A stretch of 62,146 nucleotides of DNA, the filler included, from Choristocarpus tenellus KU-1152 (lineage: Eukaryota; Protista; Phaeophyceae): the NCBI GenBank assembly GCA_964200185.2. It is 12 parts of 12 records of this genome, joined end to end, with 100 filler letters (N's around TTAATTAATTAA, not from the genome) between each part and the next. Parts side by side here need not be neighbours in the genome. Positions count along the whole stretch, not along the records: positions 49,777 to 53,313 come from CAXNAD020019390.1; positions 53,414 to 56,317 come from CAXNAD020023765.1; positions 56,418 to 58,984 come from CAXNAD020026714.1; positions 59,085 to 62,146 come from CAXNAD020022598.1; 8 more parts are not named here. One strand, written 5' to 3'. Position numbers and translations under genes: made by a program. Shown piece after piece: positions 49,975 through 62,146 of the stretch. Under the pieces are notes generated by a model, which made no database searches, was not told the DNA's origin, and was given only the letters and a program-made list of their open reading frames with translations. Every line of letters starts with the position of its first letter. The first letter of the stretch is position 1.

Positions 49975-52622
49975 ACACAGCTCTCGCATCTGTATGATGG
50001 CTGTAGCAATGGATAGGTCGTCATCTTTCTCCAGCTTCTCCTCCTGCTCAACATAAAACCCCCCCGATTATTCTTGTTCCTGTTTCTACTATTAAAAAAA
50101 AAAAATCAGAACAGAAATATTGGAAGCTAACATCATAACACACACGGAACAAATCTTACAAAGTAAAAAAATAAAATAATTGCATATACAAGAATATACA
50201 TTATTCTTCTTATTCCCTGATTTATACTCTTTCAAAATAAGAACAGAATTACTAATTCTTATTACATAACACACACGAAGCAAACCCTACAAACTAAAAA
50301 AATAAAAATAACTGTGTGTATGAAAATGCACACAAGATTTATGTACGTATGGGGCAAACGAGAGCAGTTACGAAACTCACAAACATCAAAGTTGCTTCCT
50401 ACCCTAATCCTAACCCTAACCCTAACCCTATCTCTGGAAAGCACCTCACTAACCACAAACCCAATTCATTAAAAAAAGCTGTGGCCAGGGAAATATGCAA
50501 AACTCAAAAGACACAAGGAAGATGAACCAAATTTCCACAGCACAACCACCAGAAAAAAATAAATCATAGTGAACAAAACACATTAACCGACATTAAATTT
50601 ATGTAATTTGACAATCAAAAGAACGGTCACGGCGTGTACTGCGCACTGCGTGAACAACCCCCCCCCAAAAAAAAAACTTCTGAAAAAGATGAAATAGAAA
50701 CATATGACTGAAACAACAAAAAACTAAATAGATAATTTTTATTTTTTATATTTTTTTATTTCTCTGTAGGAAACAAAAAAAAAATACAATGAAGGGAAGA
50801 ATCACATTCAAGCCGACTTGTCCCATCAACACACGACCCAGTAACACACAAAAACCAGAAAGGCCTAGACAACACATTATCATAGTCCCGAGCTAGTTGG
50901 GGTATGAAAGCAACCCATCAATCATCTAACATGTAGATGCTCAAAACTATCCTCAGGATATGTAGCATGTATATATATATATATATTTAATGTATTGACT
51001 CCGTACAATGCTACATAGTCCAACACATAGAGGTTCAAAACTATCCTCAGCATACATAACACATGTACATATATATTTAATACAATTGGCTCAGTACTTT
51101 GCTGCATAGGCAATAAATGAAACCCCCCCAACTGTAGTAGTATTAGCTACAAAAAAAAATGTTACTCACTACTATGTACATTAGAGCACTAAAATAACAA
51201 AGATGCTGTGTTTCTTTCACCTCAGGGAATACTGCATCCAGCCCTTCGCATGTGTCATCTTGAAGAGTAGCCTTGGCACCTTCCATCTCTGCTCGGGACT
51301 GCAAACGGTTCATTGTAAAAGAACAATACATTCATATATATATATATATATATATATATTTAAATAGCAGTGACAAAAAAAAAGAAACACCATTCAGTAC
51401 AAGCTACTAGAAACACAATAAAAATAAAAATAAATATCAGTATGCATCATGTTCATTAAAAAAAGAAAATAAATAGCAATAGCAAAAAAAAAAGTAAAAA
51501 AAACACTTAATACAAGCTACCACAAACGCAATACACCAAAAAATATGATATCATATCTATACACACCACGAGATTATACCTCACCTGCGAAGATCAAATT
51601 TAGAAAACAAATTACAGAAACAAAAATTCAAATAATAATAATAATAATAATATATGCTATATTTTATTTTTCATTACCATTCGCACACAAAGGATTGCCA
51701 TTTCCATAAGCGGAACAAACACATAAAAAAGAAAAAAAAGAAAAACCAAGAAGACAAAAAGGAACTCTTTTACCACAGAATAATATTTAACTTCCAGACA
51801 ACACACACTCGCCACATTCTACACCCAACTCTACACTTAGCACCCCCCTGCTTCCAGAAAAAACAAAACCCCCCCGACCAAACAAACGCAACACAAAAAA
51901 GACGGCACATTTTTATTTTTTTACTATCAATCATTGCAAAAAAAACAAAACAATCTCCCATTCAACTGACACCTCTCCTTCCATAGCATTCTGAACACAT
52001 GAGTACATACACTGAGCCTATACAAGCTCCGAACAAGGGATTGCACTCTCTGCGCATAGCTGACAATCAATCACAAGAAGGCACAAAAACGTAATATGTT
52101 CTAAATTTCCGGGGTTTTTTGTACTTCTTTCCAGATAAAACCCCCCCCCGAAAGGGACGACAAAAAACACTTCTGAAAAAAAGAAGAAGCCTGTTCGGAA
52201 GTGTGAAGCATTGAACAAAGGTACTCTTTTTTTCCTCACACCGTAGTACGTGGTATACATCCACTGCAACGCATGGTACTCTACACCATGGTAGGCTTTT
52301 TTCATCCTTTACTAGGGATCACAACATCCAGCATATTGAACCGGGCAAACTAGAACAAAACACTGTGGTACAGAAGTAACCAGAACAATTTGACACTAAC
52401 CCTAACCCTAACCCTAACCCTAAGAGATATGCACAAGGGCTAGGCGAGGGCTACACCCAAGGCGTAGCATTGTATTACAGGTAAGGGAATCCCCTCCCTC
52501 CCCCTGGTTATCACCTGCAGTGCTATCTTTGCCCAGGTTCTTCTCTTGGATACCTCTCCATCAAACATACGACGCATGACCTTTGCCAGTCGTTCTTTCT
52601 CACGGGCCTGCTCCTTTACCAC
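49975..52622 (-). CDS. Partial multi-exon charged/coiled-coil protein
   Basis: AG/GT-bounded exons ~52622-52515 (VVKEQAREKERLAKVMRRMFDGEVSKRRTWAKIALQ), ~51298-51221 (SRAEMEGAKATLQDDTCEGLDAVFPE) and ~50046-49975, in AT-rich introns. Confidence 0.5.
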
Positions 52623-53485
52623 CTGCATGTACATAGTTGTGTGTTTTTTTTAATATACAAAGATGGAGATAATTGCTTCACGACACGCTATGGTAGTAGC
52701 ACGCCCTTTTAGACAACACAATCAGGCGAAAAAGGATCGTACATCAAAAACGTTTTTACCTAAAAAAATATATATGATTTTAAAAAACATACAGCAAAAA
52801 GAAAAAATTACATCAACTCCCTAATGTGGTGCGACACAAAATTAATAGTACTACACTGTACAGTAGAAGTAGTACTTTTTAATTGGAAGGCATTTTTCTC
52901 ACAGGTCATCTCCAGCTCTGTACAAGAGAACAATAATGACAGAACAAACAAAAAAAGGCACTGTCCGAGTGAAAACCTTTTTTCTACTAAAAAAATAAAT
53001 AGATGAAGTGAATAAACTGGTTCTCCCGTTCAACAGTAGTTTAAAAAAAAAAATCAGAAAAAAAAATGACACTGCGTAAGACAGTACAAAGTAACTATCA
53101 AACACTTGAATTGATCTCCAACCAAACACTCCGTTTTTGAGGGGAATAGCGCCAACCAACTCCTCTCCACTATTGAAAAAAAAACAAAATACCACAGTAT
53201 CCCTCACAGACATCCATTCCACAGTCTTGCCCTTTCCCCCCCCCCACCCAAAAAATACGGTACCACCACTCTCCTCCCCGCACCCCCTCCCCTCCCCAAC
53301 CAACCTCCGCCTGNNNNNNNNNNNNNNNNNNNNNNNNNNNNNNNNNNNNNNNNNNNNTTAATTAATTAANNNNNNNNNNNNNNNNNNNNNNNNNNNNNNN
53401 NNNNNNNNNNNNNCCCCCCCCCCCCCCCCCCCCCCTCCCCCCCCCCCCCCCCCCCCCCCCCCCTCCCCCCTAGATACTTTGATCC

Positions 53486-53945
53486 TTTCCCCATCAGCCA
53501 TCACTTAAAACCAGGCTTTTCTTCCACATGGATCGTGTTCGCCATGGAGGTGTATACACCACGTTTCCGGTCCACTTGATCGCAAACAAAGTCCATTCTC
53601 CATACCTTTTGCCACGATTTGAGCTTGGGTTTGATCCAGTGGCGATTCGGTATGGCCCCCATATCATCCAACCACCTGTTTATAGTGCTCGTGCTATAAT
53701 TCACAGCCCCTTGGCAGCCATCTTCATTGTCACCTGACGCACTGTGGAAGGCCGATTATCGGAGTTGACACTATATATTGCGGTCATATTGGTCGGTGTG
53801 AGCTCTGAAGGCCGCCCACTACGTGCCGCCACCTCTAGGTCAACTGTGTGGCCACGGGCGAGTTGATGGGTGACGTCCTCCCAGAGCCCTCGCAGGTAAT
53901 GCTCAGACACTCCAAACTCCGCTGCGAGGGCCTACCCAACGTGTT
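53486..53945 (-). mobile_element. Second, truncated copy of the DD39D-like mariner
   Basis: Near-identical peptide to 47700-48160 (NYSTSTINRWLDDMG.IPNR.WIKPKLKSWQKVWRMDFVCDQVD); cut by a MITE end at 53485. Confidence 0.92.
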
Positions 53946-54639
53946 CATGTCCGCCAGTCCGATCGAGTCAGACTTCTCTAACATGTCCTAACCATGCCCA
54001 TTGGGTACTGTACCGGACCATGTCCACCACCTGGATCAGGTCTAGCATTCTCGAACATGTCCGGACCATGTGCTCTGAGTATTTGTACTGGTCCGTGTTC
54101 GCGAAGTAGCGAGGTTAATTTTTTCCTTGCATTTCCAGACCATGATTCTCAGGCAGTCTATATCTCTTTTGGCGCGTTCGGGTCATGCTTACTACTATAC
54201 TATACTTAGTCCAAGAAAGAAAAATTCGTTTATGTCAAACGTCAAGTTACACTCCAATATGTTCTTAATATAGATGGTACTCCTTCACTTTTTCTCTGTA
54301 CTTTCTTGGATCGAATCATGAAGAACGTGTATGACTGTGCAATGAGATTGTGAGGAGGCAGTCCTCGGTCCAATAGTGGACATACTAACTGTCAGACTGG
54401 GTGAAAACCTCTGAAAATATTACACAAAAAAGGGTAGGCACCAAAAAATACGAGCGACAGTATTTCTAATACCAAGTAGGTTAAAACGAAAACGAATACA
54501 AAACAAAAATAATCTGTTTCTAAGATGTCGTTTGAACCCTCTGATAATGTTTCGAGGCAGATCATAACTAACAACAAATAGGTGGGGTGGTCCTCCCTTG
54601 CTATGGAAACAACTCCTTGTATGGAATGTGGGAGTGAGA

Positions 54640-55230
54640 TAGGATATGGTGTACAAGCGCGGTGGCATGTACCTATTTAAACACTATCGCTCATCAGTAT
54701 GCGTATTACTCCTTGTTTCCCCCATGAAAACATCTGCGAAGTGTCAGTGGGCGTAAAACAAATTATATCGTAGAGGAGCTTTCTCCTTGGACGGCAGGAG
54801 GTACATCAATGATTTTTTTAAACAGGGATACTGTTGTTGTAGGAGTATAGTGGCAACCAAGATATAGGCTTGTCAAGGGTCCAAGCACGCACCAGACGGG
54901 AAACAGTAGCAGTCTCTAGTTATGAGGAGCAATCCTCGTAGTTTAGGATTGTAAGGGCAGAGCTGATTTGAGGAAGTAACAGAGTAATACAAAATCATGA
55001 AGCTAGGACGATAGTACACTGCTATACTAGTGTAGGGATAGTGGTCGCATTTGATGGTAGAGGAGAGTTTGTGTTCAATAAAACTGCGGGGGGGTGGTAG
55101 TGTGATTGGTGGACATAGGTGGCAAGGGCACTATGGTACCAAGGTAGGACAGTGTGGAAATATGCTTTTGGATTGTTGATATGTGGCAGTTTAGGTTTCT
55201 GGGTGCAGTGTGAACACGGTTGATCATGAC
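54640..55230 (-). mobile_element. Decayed Penelope-like reverse transcriptase remnant
   Basis: Ordered remnants PKLPHINNP, VQG..FTPT/FADVFMGE and LNRYM match the Penelope PKxHK, QG.AMG..AP..A..FMG and RYxDD order; many frameshifts and stops. Confidence 0.5.
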
Positions 55231-56555
55231 GAGGACAGAAATACGAAGAGAGAGTAGGTTAGATTGTTGTATTTGTGGTAGATTTGGGTGGAGGGTAGGG
55301 GGGGCTATTACAATTTTGCGTGGAGTGTGTGGCGTGATGGGTAGATAATACTTTGGAGAAAAGAGGACATCTCAGCGTATAGCATCACATGCAGTTCAAG
55401 CACTCGACTCAACGCTCTTTCCTGTCTGAACTACCTGCACATCAGAAGGATACTAAGTAATGATTGAATAAGACATGTGTGCGGAATATAGAAGAGTCTA
55501 AGCTCCCCTCATGAATGCTAGATACCCGACGTTCTGTCTAGAGGTGTAGATTGGGCTATGCTTCCATTCATGAAATCTGTAGACGCACAAACTACACAGT
55601 TGCGAAACAAGTCACACGCAAGTGGCTTTTCACAGATGTCAGATAGTTAGCAAGTGTGCAAACAGATCTGATTGAACCAGTTAAGTCATATTAAAAGAAA
55701 GGATAAGAGACACAAGCACCCCCCTCGTTTTATTCTCTCACTCTTGTATCCACAACCTATTTTACATGATAATACGCTACTACTACATAGTCATTACTTT
55801 GATTTACATAGTCTTCTTCAAAGGCTTGAGGCTCTCAATGGAGCATTTCCTTTCTTTGTCAAGCAAGAGTGGTGAAACATGCCAGCATCTTTCAAGGGAC
55901 AACGAGTTCCCAGTCTCACAGGTTTCATTGCTAATGAGTCAGGAGTTGCTGGGTGTGATATGAAATTCTTACACGGATGGTCCACCCTTCTACAGCATCT
56001 ATTGAAAGAGTGGGTCCGGAGTGCTGGGGTGTTTGATCTTAGAGTAAGACACAGTTTCGAGCCCTGCTTTGAAATTCAAAGAAATAGTGTGAAATATACA
56101 AGTTGTTTGGGATTGATTTGATTTTTGGGGGAAGGACACGCATCAACCCTAGGATCATAGTCCTGCAACACTCAACTATTTCAGGATTGTGAGAAGATTT
56201 CATCTGTTCCTCAATTTGACCAAAGTCCCTCGCAGTAGCAACAGTAGTACTATGGGGTCAAAGTATCTGGGGGGGGGTGTCGGCGTCCGTTTTTCACCCT
56301 TTTTTCGATTTTCACTTNNNNNNNNNNNNNNNNNNNNNNNNNNNNNNNNNNNNNNNNNNNNTTAATTAATTAANNNNNNNNNNNNNNNNNNNNNNNNNNN
56401 NNNNNNNNNNNNNNNNNGGTCGGAGCCCCCCTACCCCCACACCCCAGACCACCTCACCCCCTTCTCCACTCCAACCCGTCTCATTCCACCTCCGACCATC
56501 ACCACCATCACTACCCACCCCACACCCTCCATCCCACCTCACTCTACCTCCTTCC

Positions 56556-58984
56556 TTGCCCCAATCACCACCACCACCACCACCACCTGCCCCCACTACC
56601 CACCCCCCCTCCACAGAAAATCTAGGCCACCTACTACCACATACACATCTGCCTTGGGGGGTCCATATTCCAAGTGTAGCATCTGCCCTCGACCAAGTCC
56701 AGATGGAGACCCTGGGGCTGGTAAACATCACCACGGCGAAGAAGGTCCCAGGCAGGCTTCACAACGCCCATACAATCGCCCTCATGTACACAGTGGGTCT
56801 CCTGATACATGAGGTAACTGCCCCAAGGATGGAAATGGGGACACCAACAATAGGGGTCATCAGAGCATCCAAACTCTTCCATATGATCTGTGGCCTCTTA
56901 CTGGCAAATGATGGAAAGTTCTCGGACTTCAGGGAACATCCAAGAGCTAGTTGCATGGCTACTAAAACGATCCCAGAGGACCAGCAGACATAGGGAGCCC
57001 CCCGGAGAGGACCCCAAGTCTCGCCACGAACGCGCTGCAGCTCTGGGTCACCATCATGGAGGGGTTTCCAATGGAGCGAGCTCGCTCCTAGCACAGCCCA
57101 GAGCCCCAGGGATGGAGGAGACTTTCAATATACTGGTCCCTAAACACCCGAGTGAGAACCAAGACGAGCTTAGGAAGCCCATCACGGATGCAAAAGACAG
57201 GGTACAAGAGAATGCAAAATATGGGGAACAAATGTACTGCCCCCTGAAGGGGAGTACACCCCCACCTCCCTTCGAAAAGTCTTCATGAGGGCTAACAGCA
57301 ACTCGGCACCAGGCCCTGACGGGATGCGCCCAAGCCACATCAGATTAGCCATCACGACAGATGTTGGTCACGAAGAAGTGGCAGAGGCGTTTACAAAGCT
57401 ATGGGAGCTAGCCTACACCTCCCCGGACTCTCTACCCCTAGAGTTCTGGACACTCCATACCAACTTCAGACTGTCCGCAATTGGGGAGAAGCGTCGCCCA
57501 GTCGCCTGTGGGTCTTTTTTCAGGAGGGTATGCTTCAGCTTTCTGCACAAACTGGCGCCCTTACCTAGAGGAATTTTTCGGGGGAGTAGGACAATTTGGC
57601 GTCAGGGTCCCAATTGGCATAGAACGTGCACTCCTGGAAATACGCCTAAGGAATGAGTGCGGAGAATGGGTCATCAGTTTGGACAGAAGGAATGCTTTCA
57701 ACAGCTAACGTCGCTCAGCTTTCATCCAGGCCCTCCCAGAGACCCTACCAGGATTCCTACCTTACTTTTCTAAGGTATATGGGAACACCAGAAATCTTCT
57801 TTTCCCCCTAGATGAGGGAGGGACGACACACATCACACACAGGAACATCATAGCACGCGTCATCCAAGCTACTTCGGATCTTTTTCTAAGCGCATTCCAC
57901 TGTTACCTTCTGTTTTTTTCTCTTGTTTTTGTCTGTTATCTCTGTTCTTTTTTTATCAGCAGAAGACCCCAGATGCAGGTTAATTGTTGGTTATTATTTT
58001 TTCATTGGTTGCCATTGCCCTCTCTGAGTGCATCAAGCTCGCTCTGCGATAGTGCCCCTGACACACACTTGGATATAATGCATACAGAGTTCAAACTATC
58101 GATGGAAACCCTTGCCAGCCAAAGTAACAAGCCTCTCCACAGAGCATGGACTTCTTTCATTGAGTATCTCATGAAATAGCACTGAATTCACATCACATCA
58201 TTCTTGACTGATATATCAATGACTTAGTTGCAACAGAATATATACATTGGTGCTTTGCAGCACAACCACATCTACTCATACCACAGATTACGTATTTTAC
58301 TCATCGGTGCTTTACAACACCATGATTCCTCTTCACTCGTAGTCTACGCATTTCGCTTATATGTACGATGTATTTGATTCAGGTTTCAACAGGCCTGGCT
58401 CCTCAACTCCTGGTCCCTCTCCTCCCGCCTAGGCTACCTAGTGAGGATCACTCCCCCTCTCCTGGCACGCTCCACCATGGAGCACGCAGATAACACCTCC
58501 TTATGGACACTAGAGACGATAATAGAGGTAGCTGACTCGACAGAGGCGATGGATTTCTTCGAGGGGGGGTGTAACAATGGGTCTCTTCACCCAAAGACTC
58601 ACCAACAAGTATAGGCACAGATACCTACAAGTGCTGGCGGGGTCTGGGCCTCTCTATGAAACACTACCAACATGCGGTTTTCGTAGGATCACTGGTAGCT
58701 ACTCTCCCCACCCCCCTTGCAAGTCAGCAAGGGCCTCATGGTGAGTCCTTCTCGCAAGTTATCTGCGTGAGCCCCACCATTCAGGCCTTAGGAACATCCA
58801 TTCACTCCCTCCGAGCCACAGGTGTCCCCCCAGAAGACCTTGCCGAAATCATTGGCCAAGACTGGGTAACCTGGGGGGGAACAACATCCCCTGCACCTGC
58901 CCAAGAGGTACACATCCTAGCTGCCCATGATGCCAGGATCACAAGGAGTGCTCACGACGAGATCACACGCCTCCTCAACAAGAT
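56556..58984 (+). mobile_element. CRE-clade-like non-LTR retrotransposon remnant, internally deleted and interrupted
   Basis: SAPGPDG, RRPVACG..FRR, QFGV.VP.GIE and LDRRNAFNS.RR, then a break at ~57845-58381. It resumes with RLGYLVR.TPP and IPTSAGG/GLG. The YxDD core is missing. Confidence 0.85.
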
Positions 58985-59223
58985 NNNNNNNNNNNNNNNN
59001 NNNNNNNNNNNNNNNNNNNNNNNNNNNNTTAATTAATTAANNNNNNNNNNNNNNNNNNNNNNNNNNNNNNNNNNNNNNNNNNNNCCCCCACCCCCTCCCC
59101 CTCCCCCTCCCCTCTCCCCCACCTTTCCCATATCACAGTAGTCAAAACAACGGCGGGCAGGGGAAGGCACTACACATCCATCACACATCCATCACACCAA
59201 TCCCTGCTATACCAATAGCACAC

Positions 59224-59362
59224 CTGGTCTTCAACAGTCTTTCTATAGGCCTCTTCCTGTGCCTTTGCTGTGTACTCCCTTAGCTTCTTCTCCTTCTGCC
59301 GCCTCTTCTTGTCCTGCCTCTTTTTCAGTGAGCGCGCTTGCCGGAGAGCCTTTCTCATCATC
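59224..59362 (-). CDS. Lys/Arg-rich exon of an unknown gene
   Basis: MMRKALRQARSLKKRQDKKRRQKEKKLREYTAKAQEEAYRKTVEDQ followed by a GT donor; GC-richer than its flanks. Confidence 0.4.
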
Positions 59363-59884
59363 CAGAACAATTATTTTTATTTTATTTTATTTTTAAATAA
59401 AAAAGAGACATATTCAGACATCACGTGCCCACCCGAAGATAGATGTGAAGAACAATAAAAAAATTAATTGCGAAGAAATGTACTTGCATTTTTCGGTTTT
59501 GTAAAAGAATAAAAACTTGGATACAAAAAAAGAAGAAAATTTGCTCATTTTTTTCAAGCAATAGAGCTTCACATTAAAAAATAGTTTTTTTAAGTTGAAA
59601 AAAATGTACATATTTGCACCAATAGAATAATTCTACAATAAATCAATATTTATCTTCTAATGAGAAAAATACTCACAAAAAAATTCTGTGCTGCATTGAC
59701 CCAAGAGAATATTCTTGCATGCTACATTCCTTACTGCCTGTATGACTAATAATAACAATAAAAATAATAATAATAATAATAATAATTGATCACTTTTCCC
59801 CCCCAAAAAATTCAGCCATGCGCCAATACACAAACACTTAAAACTATACAAACTATGCAGTTGAGTACACACACAACTATTATT

Positions 59885-59978
59885 ATTTAATTCTTATGAT
59901 TAAACTAGAGTAGCAGTGACTATTGAAAATGATTTAATTCTTATGATTAAACTAAAGTAACAGTGATTATTGAAAATG
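59885..59978. repeat. 47-bp tandem duplication
   Basis: ATTTAATTCTTATGATTAAACTAGAGTAGCAGTGACTATTGAAAATG twice, 3 mismatches. Confidence 0.9.
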
Positions 59979-60493
59979 TAACAAAAATCAAAAGACACCA
60001 TTCACATGCTGCCACTACCACCATCATCCCCTTTACCGCTAAACGTCTTCATCAATCTCAGGAACAGATGCTCTGATCTCCAAGTTAACCATCCAACTAA
60101 CAAAACAAATGGCCTCTCTCTCTCCTCCTTCTCCATTCCCATTTCACTCCACTCTGGTTCACAGTCATGTATTCCCACACCTGCTCATCACAGAGAGGCT
60201 CCCCACCGCTAGCCTCTCCCCCCTGCCCCGGAGCACACTGATCACACCGGTCACGCTGTTGTTGTACCTCATCCTGACGCATCATTATAAAAAATAAATA
60301 ATTAATAAATAATTAATAAAAAAATATTATATATATATACGGTGACAGTGGCAAATACAATAGGATATTATATATATAGTTGTAGTGGTAGTAGTAACAG
60401 TGATATTTTGAGGTTGATGACAGTGTCAAAATAGCACTATTAACACTAATTAGTAGATATATATATACTAAATAACGTAAATAAAATATAGAA

Positions 60494-60524
<31 letters not shown>

Positions 60525-62146
60525 GGCGATACTTGCAGATGGACTACATAAATATATGGAATAGAACATGCCAAAAACGTTCTGAAGAGGGCTTACAATA
60601 CAGTATAGTACAATCAATTAAACACACAATTCAGAATAGAAAGAAAGTAGTGGGTGGAAAGGTATACTTTAAAAAAGTGAAATACATTATGTGTACTATA
60701 TGTAATATGGTGTTAAAAAGGCTGATTCGATAACTTCTAAGTTGTGTTGATAGAGGAAACAACCCAAAAAACACACTGATAGAAGATGCACTAAGTACTA
60801 TAATATACTATTATAACCTCTGACATTTTGTAGATGTGTCAGGGAGGAAACCAATGAAAACTATTTACACGTCAGTATAAGCCCTAAATAAATAAAATGT
60901 GTCACAACTTTGGGAAACACTAATCTATTTGCTATTTCGCTATCTAATATTGTTATCATTATCACAACTATATCATTTTCAAACAATTAATGCTATTTTG
61001 ACTATTCTGTCCTCATACGTAAAAATGGCTAAAAATAAGCTCATTTAACTATTACTACTATTTTCACTGATTAATAACCCTAAATAATATTATTAGCATC
61101 CTTGCACATAAAGAATAAAAGGAATATAGGAAACCTTTGCCTCTTACAACATTATTGATAATTTTTGAATCATATTTACACACAAAAATTAGGAACAATA
61201 ACTCAGTCTTTTAAAAAAAGAAAAAAATGATAACGCCTTTTAACCAAGCAAGAGTCCGGATCTGTACATTCAATACCCAACAAGGACACTCCAAAACCCT
61301 AACCCTATCATCAATAACAGCATTAAAAAATACTATCTGTATGATAATGTTATCACTCTCTGTGATTGCTAAGATCTGTACGCTAGCCAACAAGTAAACA
61401 ATATAAATGATTGATAGATTTTAGAGGGATTATATCTGTAAGAAAAAAAATCCAAGAGCAATCAATGATCTACCATGTCAATACAACACCCCTAACCCTA
61501 ACCCTACCAGCATATCCCATCAAACAGATCAACCAACTGAACACCTTAAACCTCCAACCTCAACCTCAACCTCAACATCAATAACACTTGACACCTTAAA
61601 CCTCCAACCTCAACCTCAGCCCCAACATCAACACCAACATCAACACTTGGAGAGCATCTACTTGGACATTCTTGGCAATACAGCTCTGTTGGCATGATGT
61701 TACAAGTTAAAACGGCTTCCACCAAAGGAATGCGCAGCCTTAGAGACCTAGTCATAGACCACAGGCTATCTCTTCTCCTCGGAGAGATCCAACCTCAATG
61801 ACCAAAGTGACAAGTGTGCCAGAACAGTACACCTGCCCCCTCCTACAGTACTCTACACCCGTACTCCTGGGTGTTGCTAAACCACATACATAAGGGATAC
61901 AGGAGACCCCGAGCCATGGTGGCAAGGTTCCAATGCAAGGAGGCGGAGCAACGAGGGATGGGGTGGCCGAGCCAAACGCACGAGGAAAAACGCACGAGGG
62001 AAAATGCTCAAGACACACATGGGACAGTTCAACTACTATTGGTGCATCAGTTACTTCAACCACATTTTCTTGTATTGTTGTAGGTTTTTGGTTTAGCCGG
62101 AGGGGGGGGGGGGGTACGGAATGAATAAGAAAGAAAATGTTGCCAG

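Noticed and set aside
51654-53361. K/F/P/G-rich ORFs in the six-frame track
   Set aside because: They arise from homopolymer-rich intronic sequence and microsatellites.
61546-62063. Possible LINE C-terminal endonuclease remnant (TPVLLGV) with ACCTCA repeats
   Set aside because: Resemblance too weak to call without a search.

Overview
Eukaryotic, intron-rich genomic DNA. It is not one contiguous locus: about 12 short contigs are joined by artificial 100-bp N-TTAATTAATTAA-N linkers, so adjacency across linkers has no biological meaning. GT-AG introns, interstitial TTAGGG tracts and the gene content suggest a stramenopile, possibly a brown alga (inference). Genes I can reconstruct by hand: a complete 8-exon RsmE-family rRNA methyltransferase head-to-head with a PI-PLC X-domain gene, a partial METTL2/Trm140-like tRNA m3C methyltransferase, a partial multi-pass membrane protein, a SURP-motif exon and several unidentified multi-exon genes. 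Repeats dominate the rest: a MITE family (7 complete copies, 9 contig-end halves), a TA-flanked DD39D-like mariner with a second fragment, an IS630/Tc1-like remnant, two long-TIR foldback elements, CRE-like, Penelope-like and LINE remnants, and a 5 x 59-bp hairpin array. The most notable observations are a 53-codon Rickettsiaceae-like rpsD fragment on a nuclear contig, a MITE copy with telomeric repeats in both TIRs, and the 59-bp array. I cannot demonstrate a new biological system from the sequence alone; these are candidates to test. All family assignments rest on recalled motifs, not database searches.
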